Source of the DNA: Acidobacteriota bacterium
GTDB lineage: Bacteria; Acidobacteriota; UBA890
DNA length: 52,412 nucleotides
Direction: 5' to 3'
Assembly: GCA_002731215.1 (NCBI GenBank)
Contig: PCAP01000015.1
Coordinates: 1 to 52,412, forward strand
Shown here: positions 20,095 through 30,562 of the stretch, in pieces
Position numbering within the stretch: position 1 is the first letter of the stretch
Layout of the letters: each line of letters begins with the position of its first letter
The notes under the pieces: generated by a model
Databases searched by the model: none
The model's input: the letters and a program-made list of their open reading frames with translations, nothing else
Told to the model about the DNA's origin: nothing
Made by a program: the position numbers and the translations under genes

Positions 20095-20996
20095 GCGAGA
20101 CGAAGGACTACCGAAGTGGCACAGTTGCCCTAGTCGGAAGGCCGAATTCCGGGAAGTCAACATTGTTGAATCGTCTTGTTGGCGTCAAGGTAGCGATTAC
20201 GTCAAACAAGCCGCAAACAACCAGGCACCGTATTCTCGGCGTGTTGACTCGTCCTGGGGGCCAGTTTGTGTTTGTAGACACTCCTGGTGTCCATCGGCCT
20301 CACTATCGTATGAACAGGCGAATGATGCACACGACGCGCTCGGTGCTACGGGATGTTGATCTCATTGCCCTGCTAATCGACGTTACCGAGAAATTTGGGG
20401 CTGGCCTACAGTACGCTATCGATCTTGTTGGAAAGGCCGAAGTGCCCACTTTTCTACTGCTCAATAAGATCGATTGCATTGCCAAGCCTAAGCTGCTCCC
20501 AGCGATTGCATCCTTTAGTGAAAAGGGCTCCTGGGCCGAGGTGATTCCTATCTCGGCGCGGAAAGGTGATAATTGTGAGCCCTTTCTTGATGCAGCCCTT
20601 AACCACCTTCCGAAAGCTGGACCGCTTTTCCCCGACGACTCTCTGACCGACAGGTCTGAGCGTTTCTTGGCGTCCGAGTTGGTACGGGAGCAGGTTCTGC
20701 GTCGAACGCGAGATGAGTTGCCGTACACGACAGCAGTCATCGTCGACGAATGGCAAGAGCCTGAGAAAGACGAAGGCACTGTGCGAATTTTTGCGACCAT
20801 CATGGTTGATGGGGAGTCACAAAAACCGATTGTCATCGGGCGGGGAGGCAAGATGCTTAAAGCCGTGGGTACTGTGGCCCGCGCGCAAATTGAAGAAATG
20901 CTGGGCCGGAAGGTCTTTTTAGACTTGCACGTGAAAGCCCGGCCAGGGTGGCGAGAAGACCCGCCCATGCTGGACCAATTGGGGATCGACGACTGA
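20091..20996 (+). CDS. era: GTPase Era
   Basis: GRPNSGKST, KPQTTR, DTPG, NKID, KH domain with VIGRGG. Confidence 0.97.
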   Translation: MSETKDYRSGTVALVGRPNSGKSTLLNRLVGVKVAITSNKPQTTRHRILGVLTRPGGQFVFVDTPGVHRPHYRMNRRMMHTTRSVLRDVDLIALLIDVTEKFGAGLQYAIDLVGKAEVPTFLLLNKIDCIAKPKLLPAIASFSEKGSWAEVIPISARKGDNCEPFLDAALNHLPKAGPLFPDDSLTDRSERFLASELVREQVLRRTRDELPYTTAVIVDEWQEPEKDEGTVRIFATIMVDGESQKPIVIGRGGKMLKAVGTVARAQIEEMLGRKVFLDLHVKARPGWREDPPMLDQLGIDD

Positions 20997-22399
20997 TGGC
21001 ACGACAGCAAATAGCGGTGTTGGTGGATCCCTTGCGCAGATTGCTGCGCCGGGGGGCCACTGGAAATACGGCCAACATGTTGCGCAAGTTGCACGCTGCG
21101 GACGTAGCTCGACTCATCGATTTTCTGGGGGATGATCAGAAAGACACCGTTTTTACGCTTATGTTGGACGAGGCGCCGGAGCGGGCGGCCGATTTGATCC
21201 GTGAACTTGACGTGCCAGTGGCAGTCATGTTTCTCGCTGGTCTGTCAGACGATCAGGTGGCCAGTGTTATTGCCGAACTTGATCCGGATGACGCTGCCGA
21301 GATTATTCCGGCAATGCCCGAGGAGCAGGCCGAGCGTGTCCTTCACTTGATGAAGGACAGTGCTTCGGAACCTGTGGAAGGGCTACTTTCGTATGAAGAA
21401 GAGACTGCCGGCCGAATCATGAGCCCAGAGGTCTTTGCCCTTGAGGAGCACGTTTCAACTGCGAGCGCGATTGCTGCCTTACAAACATCACGGTCCGAAG
21501 ATCTTGAAATGATTTTCTATTTGTACATCGTGGACGATCGAGGGCATCTCGTCGGCGTCTGTTCGCTGCGCGAGTTGCTCCTTTCTGACCCGGCAGTAAA
21601 ACTCGGTGAGACCATGAATACCCGATTGACATCGGTAAATACTGGAACCGATCAGGAGGAAGTCGCCCGTCTGGTGGCTCGATACGATCTATTGGCTTTA
21701 CCGGTTGTGGATGACGAGAACAAGCTGGTCGGCATAATCACTGTGGACGACGTCATCGACATCATCCGTGAAGAAGAAACCGAAGACATGTTGCTGATGG
21801 CCGGTGTTGGTGAAGGTGACGAGGAAGAGGTCTTGCGTGCTCCCATCTGGAGAAATGCGCTTCAGCGATTTCCCTGGCTACTGGCGGCATTCGTCGGTGG
21901 CATTATCGCTTGGCAGATCTACGAGGGTTTTACAGTCAAACTGAATACGACCAGTGGTGAAGGCGGAGTATCCTTGATTGTTGTTCTGGCGGGCTTCATT
22001 CCGATCATCGCCGGGATGGGTGGGAACTCGGGAACGCAATCTGCGACCATAGTCGTTAGGGGCTTGGCTACCGGGCGAATTCACGGAGGGCTCGACTTCC
22101 GTGTGGTGGCACGGGAACTGGGGGTCGCAACTATTATGGGCGTCACGTTCGGAGGCTTGCTTGCCGTCGTTGCAAGGATGGGTTTTTACGAGATCCCGCC
22201 GCTGATGTCGGCCGTTCTTGGTTTGGCAATCGCTGCTAGCATGACGATGGCCGCTGTGGTCGGTGCGGCCGTGCCGATGCTCATCCGGTGGATTGGCTTT
22301 GATCCGGCGATCGCTACCGGTCCGGTCGTTACCACTGCCATCGATGTCGTGGGCATTGCTACCTATTTCCTCATTGCCACGATGTTGTTGGCGGGCTGA
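20996..22399 (+). CDS. mgtE: Magnesium transporter MgtE
   Basis: N domain plus CBS pair, GMGGNSGTQS, DPAIATGPVVTTAID; ATG overlaps the era stop (TGATG). Confidence 0.95.
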   Translation: MARQQIAVLVDPLRRLLRRGATGNTANMLRKLHAADVARLIDFLGDDQKDTVFTLMLDEAPERAADLIRELDVPVAVMFLAGLSDDQVASVIAELDPDDAAEIIPAMPEEQAERVLHLMKDSASEPVEGLLSYEEETAGRIMSPEVFALEEHVSTASAIAALQTSRSEDLEMIFYLYIVDDRGHLVGVCSLRELLLSDPAVKLGETMNTRLTSVNTGTDQEEVARLVARYDLLALPVVDDENKLVGIITVDDVIDIIREEETEDMLLMAGVGEGDEEEVLRAPIWRNALQRFPWLLAAFVGGIIAWQIYEGFTVKLNTTSGEGGVSLIVVLAGFIPIIAGMGGNSGTQSATIVVRGLATGRIHGGLDFRVVARELGVATIMGVTFGGLLAVVARMGFYEIPPLMSAVLGLAIAASMTMAAVVGAAVPMLIRWIGFDPAIATGPVVTTAIDVVGIATYFLIATMLLAG

Positions 22400-22407
22400 G
22401 ACATCAG

Positions 22408-23235
22408 GTGCCGCTGCGTCAAACGCCCGCCTATGCTTTACGTTGCTATCCGCTCGGTGAAGCTGACCTGATCATCGTTTTCTACACCTACAATTTCGGA
22501 TGCGTGCGATCGGTGGCGCGCGGTGCACGGCGAGTTCGGAGCAGGTTCGGGAGCGCCTTCCAGCCGTTCACCCAAAGCGAGCTAGTGTTTTTCGAGAAGG
22601 AAGGACAGGACCTCACCCGTGTGGCTTCCTGTGAAGTCGCTCGTTCTTTCTATGAATCATTGCTGACCCCAGAATCAGCCGCGCTGGCAGCCTACTTCGC
22701 TGAACTTATGACCGAGTTCACGGTCGAGCGCGATCCCAACCCGGCATTGTTTCGCCTCATCAGTGCCGTTTTTGAGGCTGTGGAGGGCGGCATTCCGTTG
22801 CCCGTCGCGGCTCGTTATTTCGAGATCTGGATGCTGCAGTTGTCGGGCTTTCTACCGCTACTGACAAGTTGCGCTAACTGCGGTACGCAACTGGAAGCGG
22901 CACGGTGGGCGGTGGGACATCCGCCGGAGTTCGTTTGCCGTGAGTGCCACCGGCAGTTCGCTGGCAGTAGGCTGCTATCGCCTGCGGGTACTGCCCTGCT
23001 AAAGGAGATTCTCAAGAAAAAGCCACAGGAGGTTGCAGAGGGTGCTGGTCATGATGCGCAGGCGGTCCATCGACTTGCTACCGTTAACCGGTTATTGATT
23101 CGCGGACATATTGGCAAAGAGTTGCGCACGGTCAGGTACCTTGATCGCCTGCGGCGAGGCACCCGCAAACTGCGTTTTCATGCTGCGTCCCCAACATCAG
23201 ATCACCCTCCTTCAGGGCGATCCATTGCACATTGA
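22408..23235 (+). CDS. recO: DNA repair protein RecO
   Basis: GEADLII, VARGARRVRSRFG, YFEIWML, CxxC..CxxC zinc finger; era-recO synteny. Confidence 0.92.
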   Translation: MPLRQTPAYALRCYPLGEADLIIVFYTYNFGCVRSVARGARRVRSRFGSAFQPFTQSELVFFEKEGQDLTRVASCEVARSFYESLLTPESAALAAYFAELMTEFTVERDPNPALFRLISAVFEAVEGGIPLPVAARYFEIWMLQLSGFLPLLTSCANCGTQLEAARWAVGHPPEFVCRECHRQFAGSRLLSPAGTALLKEILKKKPQEVAEGAGHDAQAVHRLATVNRLLIRGHIGKELRTVRYLDRLRRGTRKLRFHAASPTSDHPPSGRSIAH

Positions 23236-25031
23236 CTATGAGCACCATCCAGATTTTGGACTCGCTCGTTATCGATCGCATCGCCGCAGGCGAGGTCGTT
23301 GAACGGCCAGCATCGGTAATTAAGGAACTAATTGAGAACTCGCTTGATGCTGGGGCGGGGCGCATTTCAGTGCAACTAGAAGACGCCGGGACTGGACTCA
23401 TAGAAGTGGTAGATGATGGGGATGGTATTGATCCCGTTGAGGTGGAGCTTGCATTCGCCCAGCATGCGACTAGCAAGGTAGCAACACTTAATGATCTAGA
23501 CGCAATTACTACACTGGGGTTCCGCGGTGAGGCACTGGCGAGTATAGCTTCAGTGTCGTGCATTGAACTCACGACTGGGACCGGCGATGGTCCCGGTGTC
23601 CGTATCAAAGTAGAGGGGGGACAAATTCTCCACGTTGAGCGGGTCGCTTGGCCACATGGAACTACAGTGCGAGTCGCAGATCTTTTTTTTAACACACCAG
23701 CGCGCCGTAAGAACCTAAAAAAACCTGCGACGGAGCTCCGCCACGCTAGCCAGGTAGTTACCGACTACGCACTCTGCCGGCCCGACATCTATGTCAGCCT
23801 TGCTCACGGGAAACGTTCGTTAATGGCGGCGCCCCCGGCTGCCACTCTGGCTGATCGCGTAAACGACATTTTGGGTGATCAGGTGGCATCGAATTGGCTA
23901 TCGGTGGAGGGGCAGCCGGGACCATTGTCGATTCGGGGTGGTATCACTAATCCAGATCACCAGCGGCCGAATCGCAATGAGATTCGTTGGGTTGTGAACG
24001 GGAGACCAGTTTCTGACTATCGACTAGTTCACGCACTTGTAAGCGCCTACGAATCGTTGCTTGACCATAAGAGGTTCCCGGTCTCTGTGATTTTTCTTGA
24101 ACTTCCAGTGGGGGATGTGGACGTCAACGTGCATCCTCGTAAGGCTGAGGTTCGTTTTGCCAACCCACGTGCTGTCTATCAAGTGGTTCGTAACTCAGTG
24201 CGGGAGTCTTTGGCACGCCAACTCCCCCCGGTAAACATTCTAGGGGGCGATGACCGACACCCGGGCGGGAACGCGGAGTATGTCGTGGAGTCGGAAAGCG
24301 CTGCAGCTAGCTTTGGCGGGTCGCAATACCGGTCCGTTGCTGAAACAGGCAGTCAATCGCTGCCGGTTAATGATTGGATCGTGTCGGAGGGTACGCCAAC
24401 GACGATTCGCACCCAGTCCACTTTGCCTCCGGGCAAAGAGATTAGTGGAACTGCTGGATCCATACGGCCCCTAGCCCAGTACGACAATACCTACATTGTT
24501 GCGGCGGACCGTAAAGGTATTTTGGTTATCGACCAGCATGTTGCCCACGAGCGAGTTCTCTACGAACAAGTGTTGACCCAGATTGAGGCCCGTACCCTAG
24601 AGGCACAGCATCTTTTGGTGCCAGAAACTATCGAGCTTACTGCTGGCGAGGCAGCGATTATTGAGGAACATTCCGACCTGCTGGAATCTCTAGGTTTTGT
24701 AATCGAGCCTTTCGGTGGCAAAACTTGGGCGTTGAGGACTGCACCCGCCATTCTCGGGAGCCGGGATCTCGGCGAGACAGTGCGTTCGTTAATCACGTCG
24801 TTGGAACAGGGGGCTGGTCCCGAGGCACTCAAAGACGCGCGTCAAGACATGGCGGCCTCGATTGCCTGCCATGCGGCGGTTCGTGCAAATCACCCTTTAA
24901 CGCGCGAAGAAATGGTACACCTCATCGCGGACCTCGAGCGCTGCGAGTCGCCGACACGTTGCCCGCATGGACGACCAATCCTGGTTCGTGTCGATCACGA
25001 TGAACTGGAGCGTCGACTCAAGCGACACTAG
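23232..25031 (+). CDS. mutL: DNA mismatch repair endonuclease MutL (start 23232 TTG or 23238 ATG)
   Basis: IAAGEVVERPAS, GFRGEAL, DVNVHP, DQHVAHER, ACH, CPHGRP. Confidence 0.97.
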   Translation: MTMSTIQILDSLVIDRIAAGEVVERPASVIKELIENSLDAGAGRISVQLEDAGTGLIEVVDDGDGIDPVEVELAFAQHATSKVATLNDLDAITTLGFRGEALASIASVSCIELTTGTGDGPGVRIKVEGGQILHVERVAWPHGTTVRVADLFFNTPARRKNLKKPATELRHASQVVTDYALCRPDIYVSLAHGKRSLMAAPPAATLADRVNDILGDQVASNWLSVEGQPGPLSIRGGITNPDHQRPNRNEIRWVVNGRPVSDYRLVHALVSAYESLLDHKRFPVSVIFLELPVGDVDVNVHPRKAEVRFANPRAVYQVVRNSVRESLARQLPPVNILGGDDRHPGGNAEYVVESESAAASFGGSQYRSVAETGSQSLPVNDWIVSEGTPTTIRTQSTLPPGKEISGTAGSIRPLAQYDNTYIVAADRKGILVIDQHVAHERVLYEQVLTQIEARTLEAQHLLVPETIELTAGEAAIIEEHSDLLESLGFVIEPFGGKTWALRTAPAILGSRDLGETVRSLITSLEQGAGPEALKDARQDMAASIACHAAVRANHPLTREEMVHLIADLERCESPTRCPHGRPILVRVDHDELERRLKRH

Positions 25032-25618
25032 GAGGTTGCTGGGCGGCTCCCCGGTTTCTGGATTGGCTCGTGAGCTGTGCACTGCGGGCAGGCGCTGACT
25101 TCGAACGTTGGAATGTCGAGCGTGATCAAAGATATTAGTGGCAGTCCACCGATATCATTCAAACCACTGCGGTTTGCGATACAAGCTACCCCAACGGGTT
25201 TACCACCGCAGAACCGAATAGCCTCGACTGTTTCAAGCGTGCTACGCCCAGTTGTCACCACATCTTCGACGACCAAGACGCTGAGACCGGGGCCAAGCAC
25301 AAAGCCGCGGCGTAGAAGCGTCATCTTTCCGTCGACGCGTTCAGTGAAACAAGAGCGCGTGCCAAGGGCACGTCCTACCTCGTGGCCAACAATGATGCCG
25401 CCCAGGGCAGGGGAAACTACTGCGCTGATCTGGCCGGCTACCGTCTTGCGCCATTGTTTGGCTAGTTCACGACCCATTTGTTCGGCCAATGCAGGGTGCT
25501 GCAATGCCACCGCGCACTGCAGATACTGTGGCGAGTGCAAGCCGGACGACAGTTGGAAATGGCCGTCCATAAGGGCACCCGAATCGGTGAGTAGTCTAAT
25601 GATTTCTTGGTCTTTCAT
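25028..25618 (-). CDS. pyrE: Orotate phosphoribosyltransferase
   Basis: GHFQLSSGLHS, VVEDVVTTGRS PRPP motif, C-terminal CPQC..KPGSR; ATGA overlap with pyrC. Confidence 0.95.
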   Translation of the reverse strand: MKDQEIIRLLTDSGALMDGHFQLSSGLHSPQYLQCAVALQHPALAEQMGRELAKQWRKTVAGQISAVVSPALGGIIVGHEVGRALGTRSCFTERVDGKMTLLRRGFVLGPGLSVLVVEDVVTTGRSTLETVEAIRFCGGKPVGVACIANRSGLNDIGGLPLISLITLDIPTFEVSACPQCTAHEPIQKPGSRPATS

Positions 25619-26904
25619 TCTGTTGCCTTCCAAACCACCTTGCCCGCCACGATCGTAAACACTGGCCAGCCCTTGAGTTCCCAGCCGTCAAATGGCGTGT
25701 TATAGCTTTTACTGGAGAATGCTGAAACGTCGACAGTGGCCATGCGGTCTAGATCCAATACAGTGACGTTGGCCACCGTGCCCTCGCTCAAGGTCCCTGC
25801 GCCGAGCCGAAGAATCCTAGCTGGATTAGTGGAGAATAACTCCACAAGTCGTTGCAGCGTGACATGCCCTCGGTGTAGCAGCCGATCGCAGGCCAGCGGC
25901 ACAGCGGTCTCCAGCCCGACGATGCCGAAGGGTGCAAGGTCGAACTCAAGTGCTTTCTCATCGGCATGATGGGGCGCGTGATCAGTGACAATGGCATCGA
26001 TAGTTCCATCGACTAGTGCCTCAATGACAGCGTCTACGTCAGCTTTGCTTCGCAATGGTGGGTTCATCTTGGTGTTGGTATCAAAGGTGCGCACTTCTTC
26101 ATCGGTAAGGATGAAGTGGTGGGGTGTGACTTCGCAGGTGACGTTGACGCCGCGGCCTTTAGCGTCACGGATCATGCGGAGTGCCCCAGCGCTCGAAATA
26201 TGCGCACAGTGGAGGGAACCACCGGTGAGTTCAGCGAGAACTAAGTCGCGGGCAACGATGATATCCTCCGCTGCGGCCGGGTGACCTTTAAATCCGAGAG
26301 CGGTCGAAACCGACCCTTCGTTCATAGGTGCCTTCTGGTTCTGAGTGAGACTCAGGTCCTCGCAGTGCTCAATGACCGGAATGTCGAACATCCGGGTGTA
26401 CTCGAGAGCCCGCCGCATGAGTTCAGCTGTGGCTACCGCGACTCCGTCATCCGAGACGGCGACGCACCCCCCTTCGACGAGCTGTCCAATCTCGGCAAGT
26501 GCTTCGCCTTCCTGGCCGACGCTGACACACCCTATTGGATAAACAGGGACAGATCCGGCTTCGTCGGCGCGCTCGATAATGAGTTCGGTGACAGCGCGGT
26601 GATCATTTACTGGCGAGGTATTGGGCATACACGCGACTCCAGTAAACCCACCGGCTGCGGCCGCCGCAGTTCCTGTTTGGATGGTCTCTTTGTACTCTTG
26701 TCCAGGTTCGCGAAGGTGGACGTGCATGTCGATAAAACCGGGAGCAACGATACATCCGGAGACGTCCAAGACATTAGCTCCGTTTATGTCCAGGTCAGAG
26801 TCGACACTCTCGATTAAACCGCCGTCGATTATCACATCAGCGGTTTTGTCGATTCCCTGAACCGGGTCAATCACCCGGCCGCCTTTAAGCAGCAGTTTTG
26901 ACAT
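25615..26904 (-). CDS. pyrC: Dihydroorotase (long, class I)
   Basis: [33 protein letters not shown]. Confidence 0.96.
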   Translation of the reverse strand: MSKLLLKGGRVIDPVQGIDKTADVIIDGGLIESVDSDLDINGANVLDVSGCIVAPGFIDMHVHLREPGQEYKETIQTGTAAAAAGGFTGVACMPNTSPVNDHRAVTELIIERADEAGSVPVYPIGCVSVGQEGEALAEIGQLVEGGCVAVSDDGVAVATAELMRRALEYTRMFDIPVIEHCEDLSLTQNQKAPMNEGSVSTALGFKGHPAAAEDIIVARDLVLAELTGGSLHCAHISSAGALRMIRDAKGRGVNVTCEVTPHHFILTDEEVRTFDTNTKMNPPLRSKADVDAVIEALVDGTIDAIVTDHAPHHADEKALEFDLAPFGIVGLETAVPLACDRLLHRGHVTLQRLVELFSTNPARILRLGAGTLSEGTVANVTVLDLDRMATVDVSAFSSKSYNTPFDGWELKGWPVFTIVAGKVVWKATE

Positions 26905-27910
26905 TTTTTGCTGGTCCAATTCCGGCTAGTAGGTATAAGACGGCCATACGCACTGCCAAACCGTTGCTGACCTGGTCAAGAATCACTGACTGTGGGCCGT
27001 CGGCGACCTCAGAAGAAATTTCCACGCCGCGGTTAATTGGTCCCGGATGCATCACGATGGCATCGTTTTTGGCCAGCGCCAGTCTGTCCCGGCCCAGTCC
27101 AAAGAGGTTGAAGTACTCACGAAGGCTGGGAAACGATAATTTGCCGCCGCGCTCGAGCTGAATGCGCAATGCGACAATAACGTCAGCGCCTTCAAGAGCC
27201 GGTTCTAGGCGATCGAAGGCTTCGACGCCGAGCTCCTCGATGTTGCAGGGCATAAAGGTCGGAGGGGCAGCGACCACGACATTAGCGCCAAGCTTAAGGA
27301 GGCAGTGGATATTGGAACGGGCTACCCGGCTGTGAGCAATGTCTCCGAAGATCACCACCCTAAGATTTTCGATGTTCCCTTTATGATCACGGATTGTAAG
27401 CGCGTCAAGAAGAGCTTGAGTGGGGTGCTCATGGGCGCCATCCCCAGCGTTAATAACACCGGCGCTACAAATTTCAGCCAGCATATGCGCAGCACCCGGG
27501 AAAGCGTGCCGGACTACTAGAAGATCAGGGTACATGGCCTCAATATTGCGAGCAGTGTCGATAAAAGTTTCACCCTTGACCAGAGAGGAAGTCGAAGCCG
27601 AAATGCTCTGAATGTCTGCGGATAGTCGCTTCGCCGCGATCTCGAACGACATGCGTGTGCGGGTAGATGGTTCGAAAAAGAGATTGATTATCGATTTACC
27701 TCGAAGCGTCGGAACCTTCTTGATCGGACGCTCAGAAATCTCTTTGAAGTGATGGGCGGTGTCGAGAATTAAATTAATCTCGCTGGCATCCAGATGCTCG
27801 ATTGAAAGTAGATCCTTACTTTTAAGCGAAGCAGCCTGTTGATGTGTGGGCAAGATGAGGTCTGCCGCTTCACCGGGCATATTAGTTTCGACGTCCTTCG
27901 TTTCAGGCAT
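26885..27910 (-). CDS. pyrB: Aspartate carbamoyltransferase catalytic subunit
   Basis: [35 protein letters not shown]. Confidence 0.97.
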   Translation of the reverse strand: MPETKDVETNMPGEAADLILPTHQQAASLKSKDLLSIEHLDASEINLILDTAHHFKEISERPIKKVPTLRGKSIINLFFEPSTRTRMSFEIAAKRLSADIQSISASTSSLVKGETFIDTARNIEAMYPDLLVVRHAFPGAAHMLAEICSAGVINAGDGAHEHPTQALLDALTIRDHKGNIENLRVVIFGDIAHSRVARSNIHCLLKLGANVVVAAPPTFMPCNIEELGVEAFDRLEPALEGADVIVALRIQLERGGKLSFPSLREYFNLFGLGRDRLALAKNDAIVMHPGPINRGVEISSEVADGPQSVILDQVSNGLAVRMAVLYLLAGIGPAKNVKTAA

Positions 27911-28481
27911 CACTTTCCTCGCCTTTGTATTGGCTTACGAAGTCGTCAACTCCCATCATCAAAACGCTGTCCTGGCCATCGACCGCTTGGCACTGCACCT
28001 TAATGACCTCACTGAGCGATGTTGGCACGTTCTTGCCGACGAAGTCGGCGCGGATCGGAAACTCACGATGACCTCGATCGATTAGCACCGCCAACTCAAT
28101 AGCTCGTGGCCTGCCATACTCAATGACAGCGTCTAATGCGGCCCTAATGGTTCGGCCCGTGAACAGTACGTCGTCAACGAGGACGACAACCTTGGTCTCA
28201 ATTTCAAAGTCCAACTCAGTCGCTTGTATCAGGGGGTTGGGTGCAATCCGCGATAGGTCGTCCCGATACAGGGTGATGTCCACGCTGCCGGTAGGTACCT
28301 CGATGCCTTCAAACTCCTTGATTTTTTTTTGCAACGCCTCGGCCAGTGGGACACCACGTGTCCGGATCCCAACCAGAGCTAAGTTGTTGGTTCCGTGGTG
28401 ACGCTCGACAATTTCGTGAGCAATTCTGGACAAGGCACGGTCCATCTCCCGTGTGTCCATGATGATTGTCTTTTCAGGCAT
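27903..28481 (-). CDS. pyrR: Pyr operon attenuation protein / uracil phosphoribosyltransferase
   Basis: [43 protein letters not shown]; start set at MPEKTII by homology. Confidence 0.96.
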   Translation of the reverse strand: MPEKTIIMDTREMDRALSRIAHEIVERHHGTNNLALVGIRTRGVPLAEALQKKIKEFEGIEVPTGSVDITLYRDDLSRIAPNPLIQATELDFEIETKVVVLVDDVLFTGRTIRAALDAVIEYGRPRAIELAVLIDRGHREFPIRADFVGKNVPTSLSEVIKVQCQAVDGQDSVLMMGVDDFVSQYKGEESDA

Positions 28482-28591
28482 GGGCGGAGTTCTGGGAAGC
28501 TTTCCCGACCAGAATTTTTTTGGAGAATCGCCAGTCGTATCGCAGATAAGTCCCACGACTTAAAGGCCAAGAAAGAGAGGGCAGATAATCC

Positions 28592-28628
28592 AAAAAAATC
28601 CCGACCGGCTCGTGTCGAGTCGTTCGGG
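28592..28628 (-). terminator. Attenuator terminator hairpin in the pyrR leader
   Basis: Transcript CCCGA-acga-CUCG-aca-CGAG-ccgg-UCGGG followed by A-U7. Confidence 0.7.
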
Positions 28629-28661
28629 CTTGCCTGTACCACGTGGTATTCATCATCTCTT

Positions 28662-28696
28662 CCCTTTCTGGCCTCACGGGGCCAGCCTTTAAAGGG
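28662..28696 (-). promoter_or_regulatory. PyrR-binding RNA element
   Basis: Transcript CCCUUUAAaggcUGGCCCCGUGAGGCCAgaAAGGG fits the CCUUUAA...CCnGUGAGGC...AAGG consensus, upstream of pyrR. Confidence 0.9.
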
Positions 28697-28712
28697 CTTA
28701 CGTTGCCTAGTT

Positions 28713-28741
28713 AGGTTAACTAGCCTCTTGTAGCGTGTCAA
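28713..28741 (-). promoter_or_regulatory. sigma70 promoter for pyrR-pyrB-pyrC-pyrE
   Basis: TTGACA (28741-28736), 17 nt, TAACCT (28718-28713), just upstream of the PyrR element. Confidence 0.75.
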
Positions 28742-28743
28742 AT

Positions 28744-28772
28744 TTGCCGCCTAAGGGTCCTCATGCTACTTT
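28744..28772 (+). promoter_or_regulatory. sigma70 promoter for the pyrK-pyrD operon
   Basis: TTGCCG (28744-28749), 17 nt, TGC-TACTTT (28767-28772). Confidence 0.55.
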
Positions 28773-28820
28773 CGCTGGTAGCCCGCCTTCGCGGGAGCAC
28801 ACCGCTTCTTTCGGGAGCCC

Positions 28821-29639
28821 ATGTACGATAGGCGCCTGGCGATAGAATCTGTAGCCCATGTAGGCCCAGGGCAGTTCATTCTTGGTTTTGAGTGTCCCGA
28901 GATTGCAGCGCAATGTCGTCCCGGCCACTTTGTAATGATTTCTGTGGCAGAGTCCATCGATCCAGTGCTGCGCCGGCCCATGGCAATTTACAGGGTGCTG
29001 CGTGATGCTTCGAACACTCCCTACGGCTTCACCCTGCTGATCGAGGTCGTTGGTTGTGGGACTGCGCTATTAGAACAGAAAAGTATTGGTGATCACCTGG
29101 AAGTTCTAGGTCCGTTGGGAGTTCCATTCTCTTTGCCAACCAAGGACGAGGCGAGTGGTGAGCATCTTTTGGTCATGGGTGGCGTTGGTTCGGCGCCGTT
29201 CCCACTGGTTGCCGAGGAACTGTTGAAGTCTGGCCATCGTGTCCGTGCTTTCGTTGGCGCCCGAACTGCCGAAGCATTGCTGTGCGTAGACGATTTCCGA
29301 GAACTCGGGGTTCCGGTAGAGGTCGCCACTGACGACGGCAGCGAAGGCTTTCATGGTTATGTAGTTCATCCATTGCAGGGGTACCTGGAATCTGAAGATC
29401 CTGCCAATGCTGTCCTCTATGCTTGCGGCCCAACGCCGATGATGCGAGCGGTGCACGAAATCGCAATAATAAGAAACCTGCCGTTGCAGGTCAGTTTTGA
29501 GGCACCCATGGCGTGTGGCATCGGTGTCTGCTTGTCGTGTGTAGTGCGTGTAGACGCTGGTGATTATGGCGACTGGCGCTATGTACGCTGCTGCCGCGAG
29601 GGCCCAGTGTTTGATAGTCGAAGGTTGGTGTGGCAATGA
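28821..29639 (+). CDS. pyrK: Dihydroorotate dehydrogenase electron transfer subunit
   Basis: PGHFVM, LRRPMAI, GGVG, YACGP, MACGIGVCLSC..C.EGPVF [2Fe-2S] motif. Confidence 0.93.
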   Translation: MYDRRLAIESVAHVGPGQFILGFECPEIAAQCRPGHFVMISVAESIDPVLRRPMAIYRVLRDASNTPYGFTLLIEVVGCGTALLEQKSIGDHLEVLGPLGVPFSLPTKDEASGEHLLVMGGVGSAPFPLVAEELLKSGHRVRAFVGARTAEALLCVDDFRELGVPVEVATDDGSEGFHGYVVHPLQGYLESEDPANAVLYACGPTPMMRAVHEIAIIRNLPLQVSFEAPMACGIGVCLSCVVRVDAGDYGDWRYVRCCREGPVFDSRRLVWQ

Positions 29640-30562
29640 GTGGGAAGAGGCCAGATCTTAGCGTTCGTATTGGCGACGTAGAGCTTTCCAATCCCGTCAT
29701 TGCGGCCTCTGGGACGTTTGGCTACGGTGGTGAGTTTTCTGAGATCATGGATTTGAGCCAACTCGGCGGCGTTGTTGTGAAGGGCCTTTCGATGCATGTC
29801 GAGCGAGGCAACGCGCCGCCACGTATTGTCGAAACCCCTGGGGGGATGCTCAATTCGATCGGCCTACAGAATGTTGGCGCCGAAGGGTTCCTTGAAGAGA
29901 AGCTGCCATTTTTGCGTCGATTTAACACTGCCGTAATCGCAAATATCTGGGGGCGTACCTTTGATGAGTACATCGCTGTTGCCGAGCGTCTCGACGGGGC
30001 CAAGGGACTTACAGCGCTAGAACTCAACATCTCTTGCCCGAATATCAAAGAGGGAGGGATAAACTTCGGCACCGACCCAAAGCAGACCGAACAAGTTACC
30101 CGAGCGGTACGTGATGCTTCATCCTTGCCCCTATGGGTCAAATTGACACCCGGCGTTACGGATATCGGTGAACTTGCCCGTGCCGCTGAAGCTGGTGGTG
30201 CAGACGCGCTGTCGGTAATCAACACGCTGCGTGGTATGACCATCGACGTCGCCTCTCGCCGACCGACTTTGTCGACTATTTTTGGCGGTTTGTCAGGTCC
30301 GGCCATATTGCCGATAGCACTGTACATGGTTTACGAGACTCGTCGTGCTACCAACCTGCCCATCCTTGGCATAGGTGGCATCGAGGGACTCGACCAGGCT
30401 CTTCAGTTCTTCATACTTGGGGCGAACGCGGTGCAGGTAGGCACGGCGAATTTTTACGACCCTATGGCATCCATACGACTTGTAGATGACCTAAGAAACT
30501 GGTGCGAGACACAAGGCATACTGTCGATAAATGAGTTGGTTGGGAGCTTGGAGAGTGGTTGA
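29636..30562 (+). CDS. pyrD: Dihydroorotate dehydrogenase, class 1B
   Basis: ASGTFGYG, MLNSIGLQN, ELNISCPN, VKLTP, GGLSGPAI, VQVGTANF. Confidence 0.96.
   Translation: MSGKRPDLSVRIGDVELSNPVIAASGTFGYGGEFSEIMDLSQLGGVVVKGLSMHVERGNAPPRIVETPGGMLNSIGLQNVGAEGFLEEKLPFLRRFNTAVIANIWGRTFDEYIAVAERLDGAKGLTALELNISCPNIKEGGINFGTDPKQTEQVTRAVRDASSLPLWVKLTPGVTDIGELARAAEAGGADALSVINTLRGMTIDVASRRPTLSTIFGGLSGPAILPIALYMVYETRRATNLPILGIGGIEGLDQALQFFILGANAVQVGTANFYDPMASIRLVDDLRNWCETQGILSINELVGSLESG

Noticed and set aside
20303-21094. Long antisense ORFs (e.g. 263 aa opposite era, 266 aa opposite leuB, 231 aa opposite argS)
   Set aside because: Shadow ORFs of conserved genes with no motifs; expected at this GC content.
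28482-28556. 25-aa N-terminal extension of PyrR in the ORF track
   Set aside because: It lies in the structured leader; PyrR homology begins at MPEKTII (28481).
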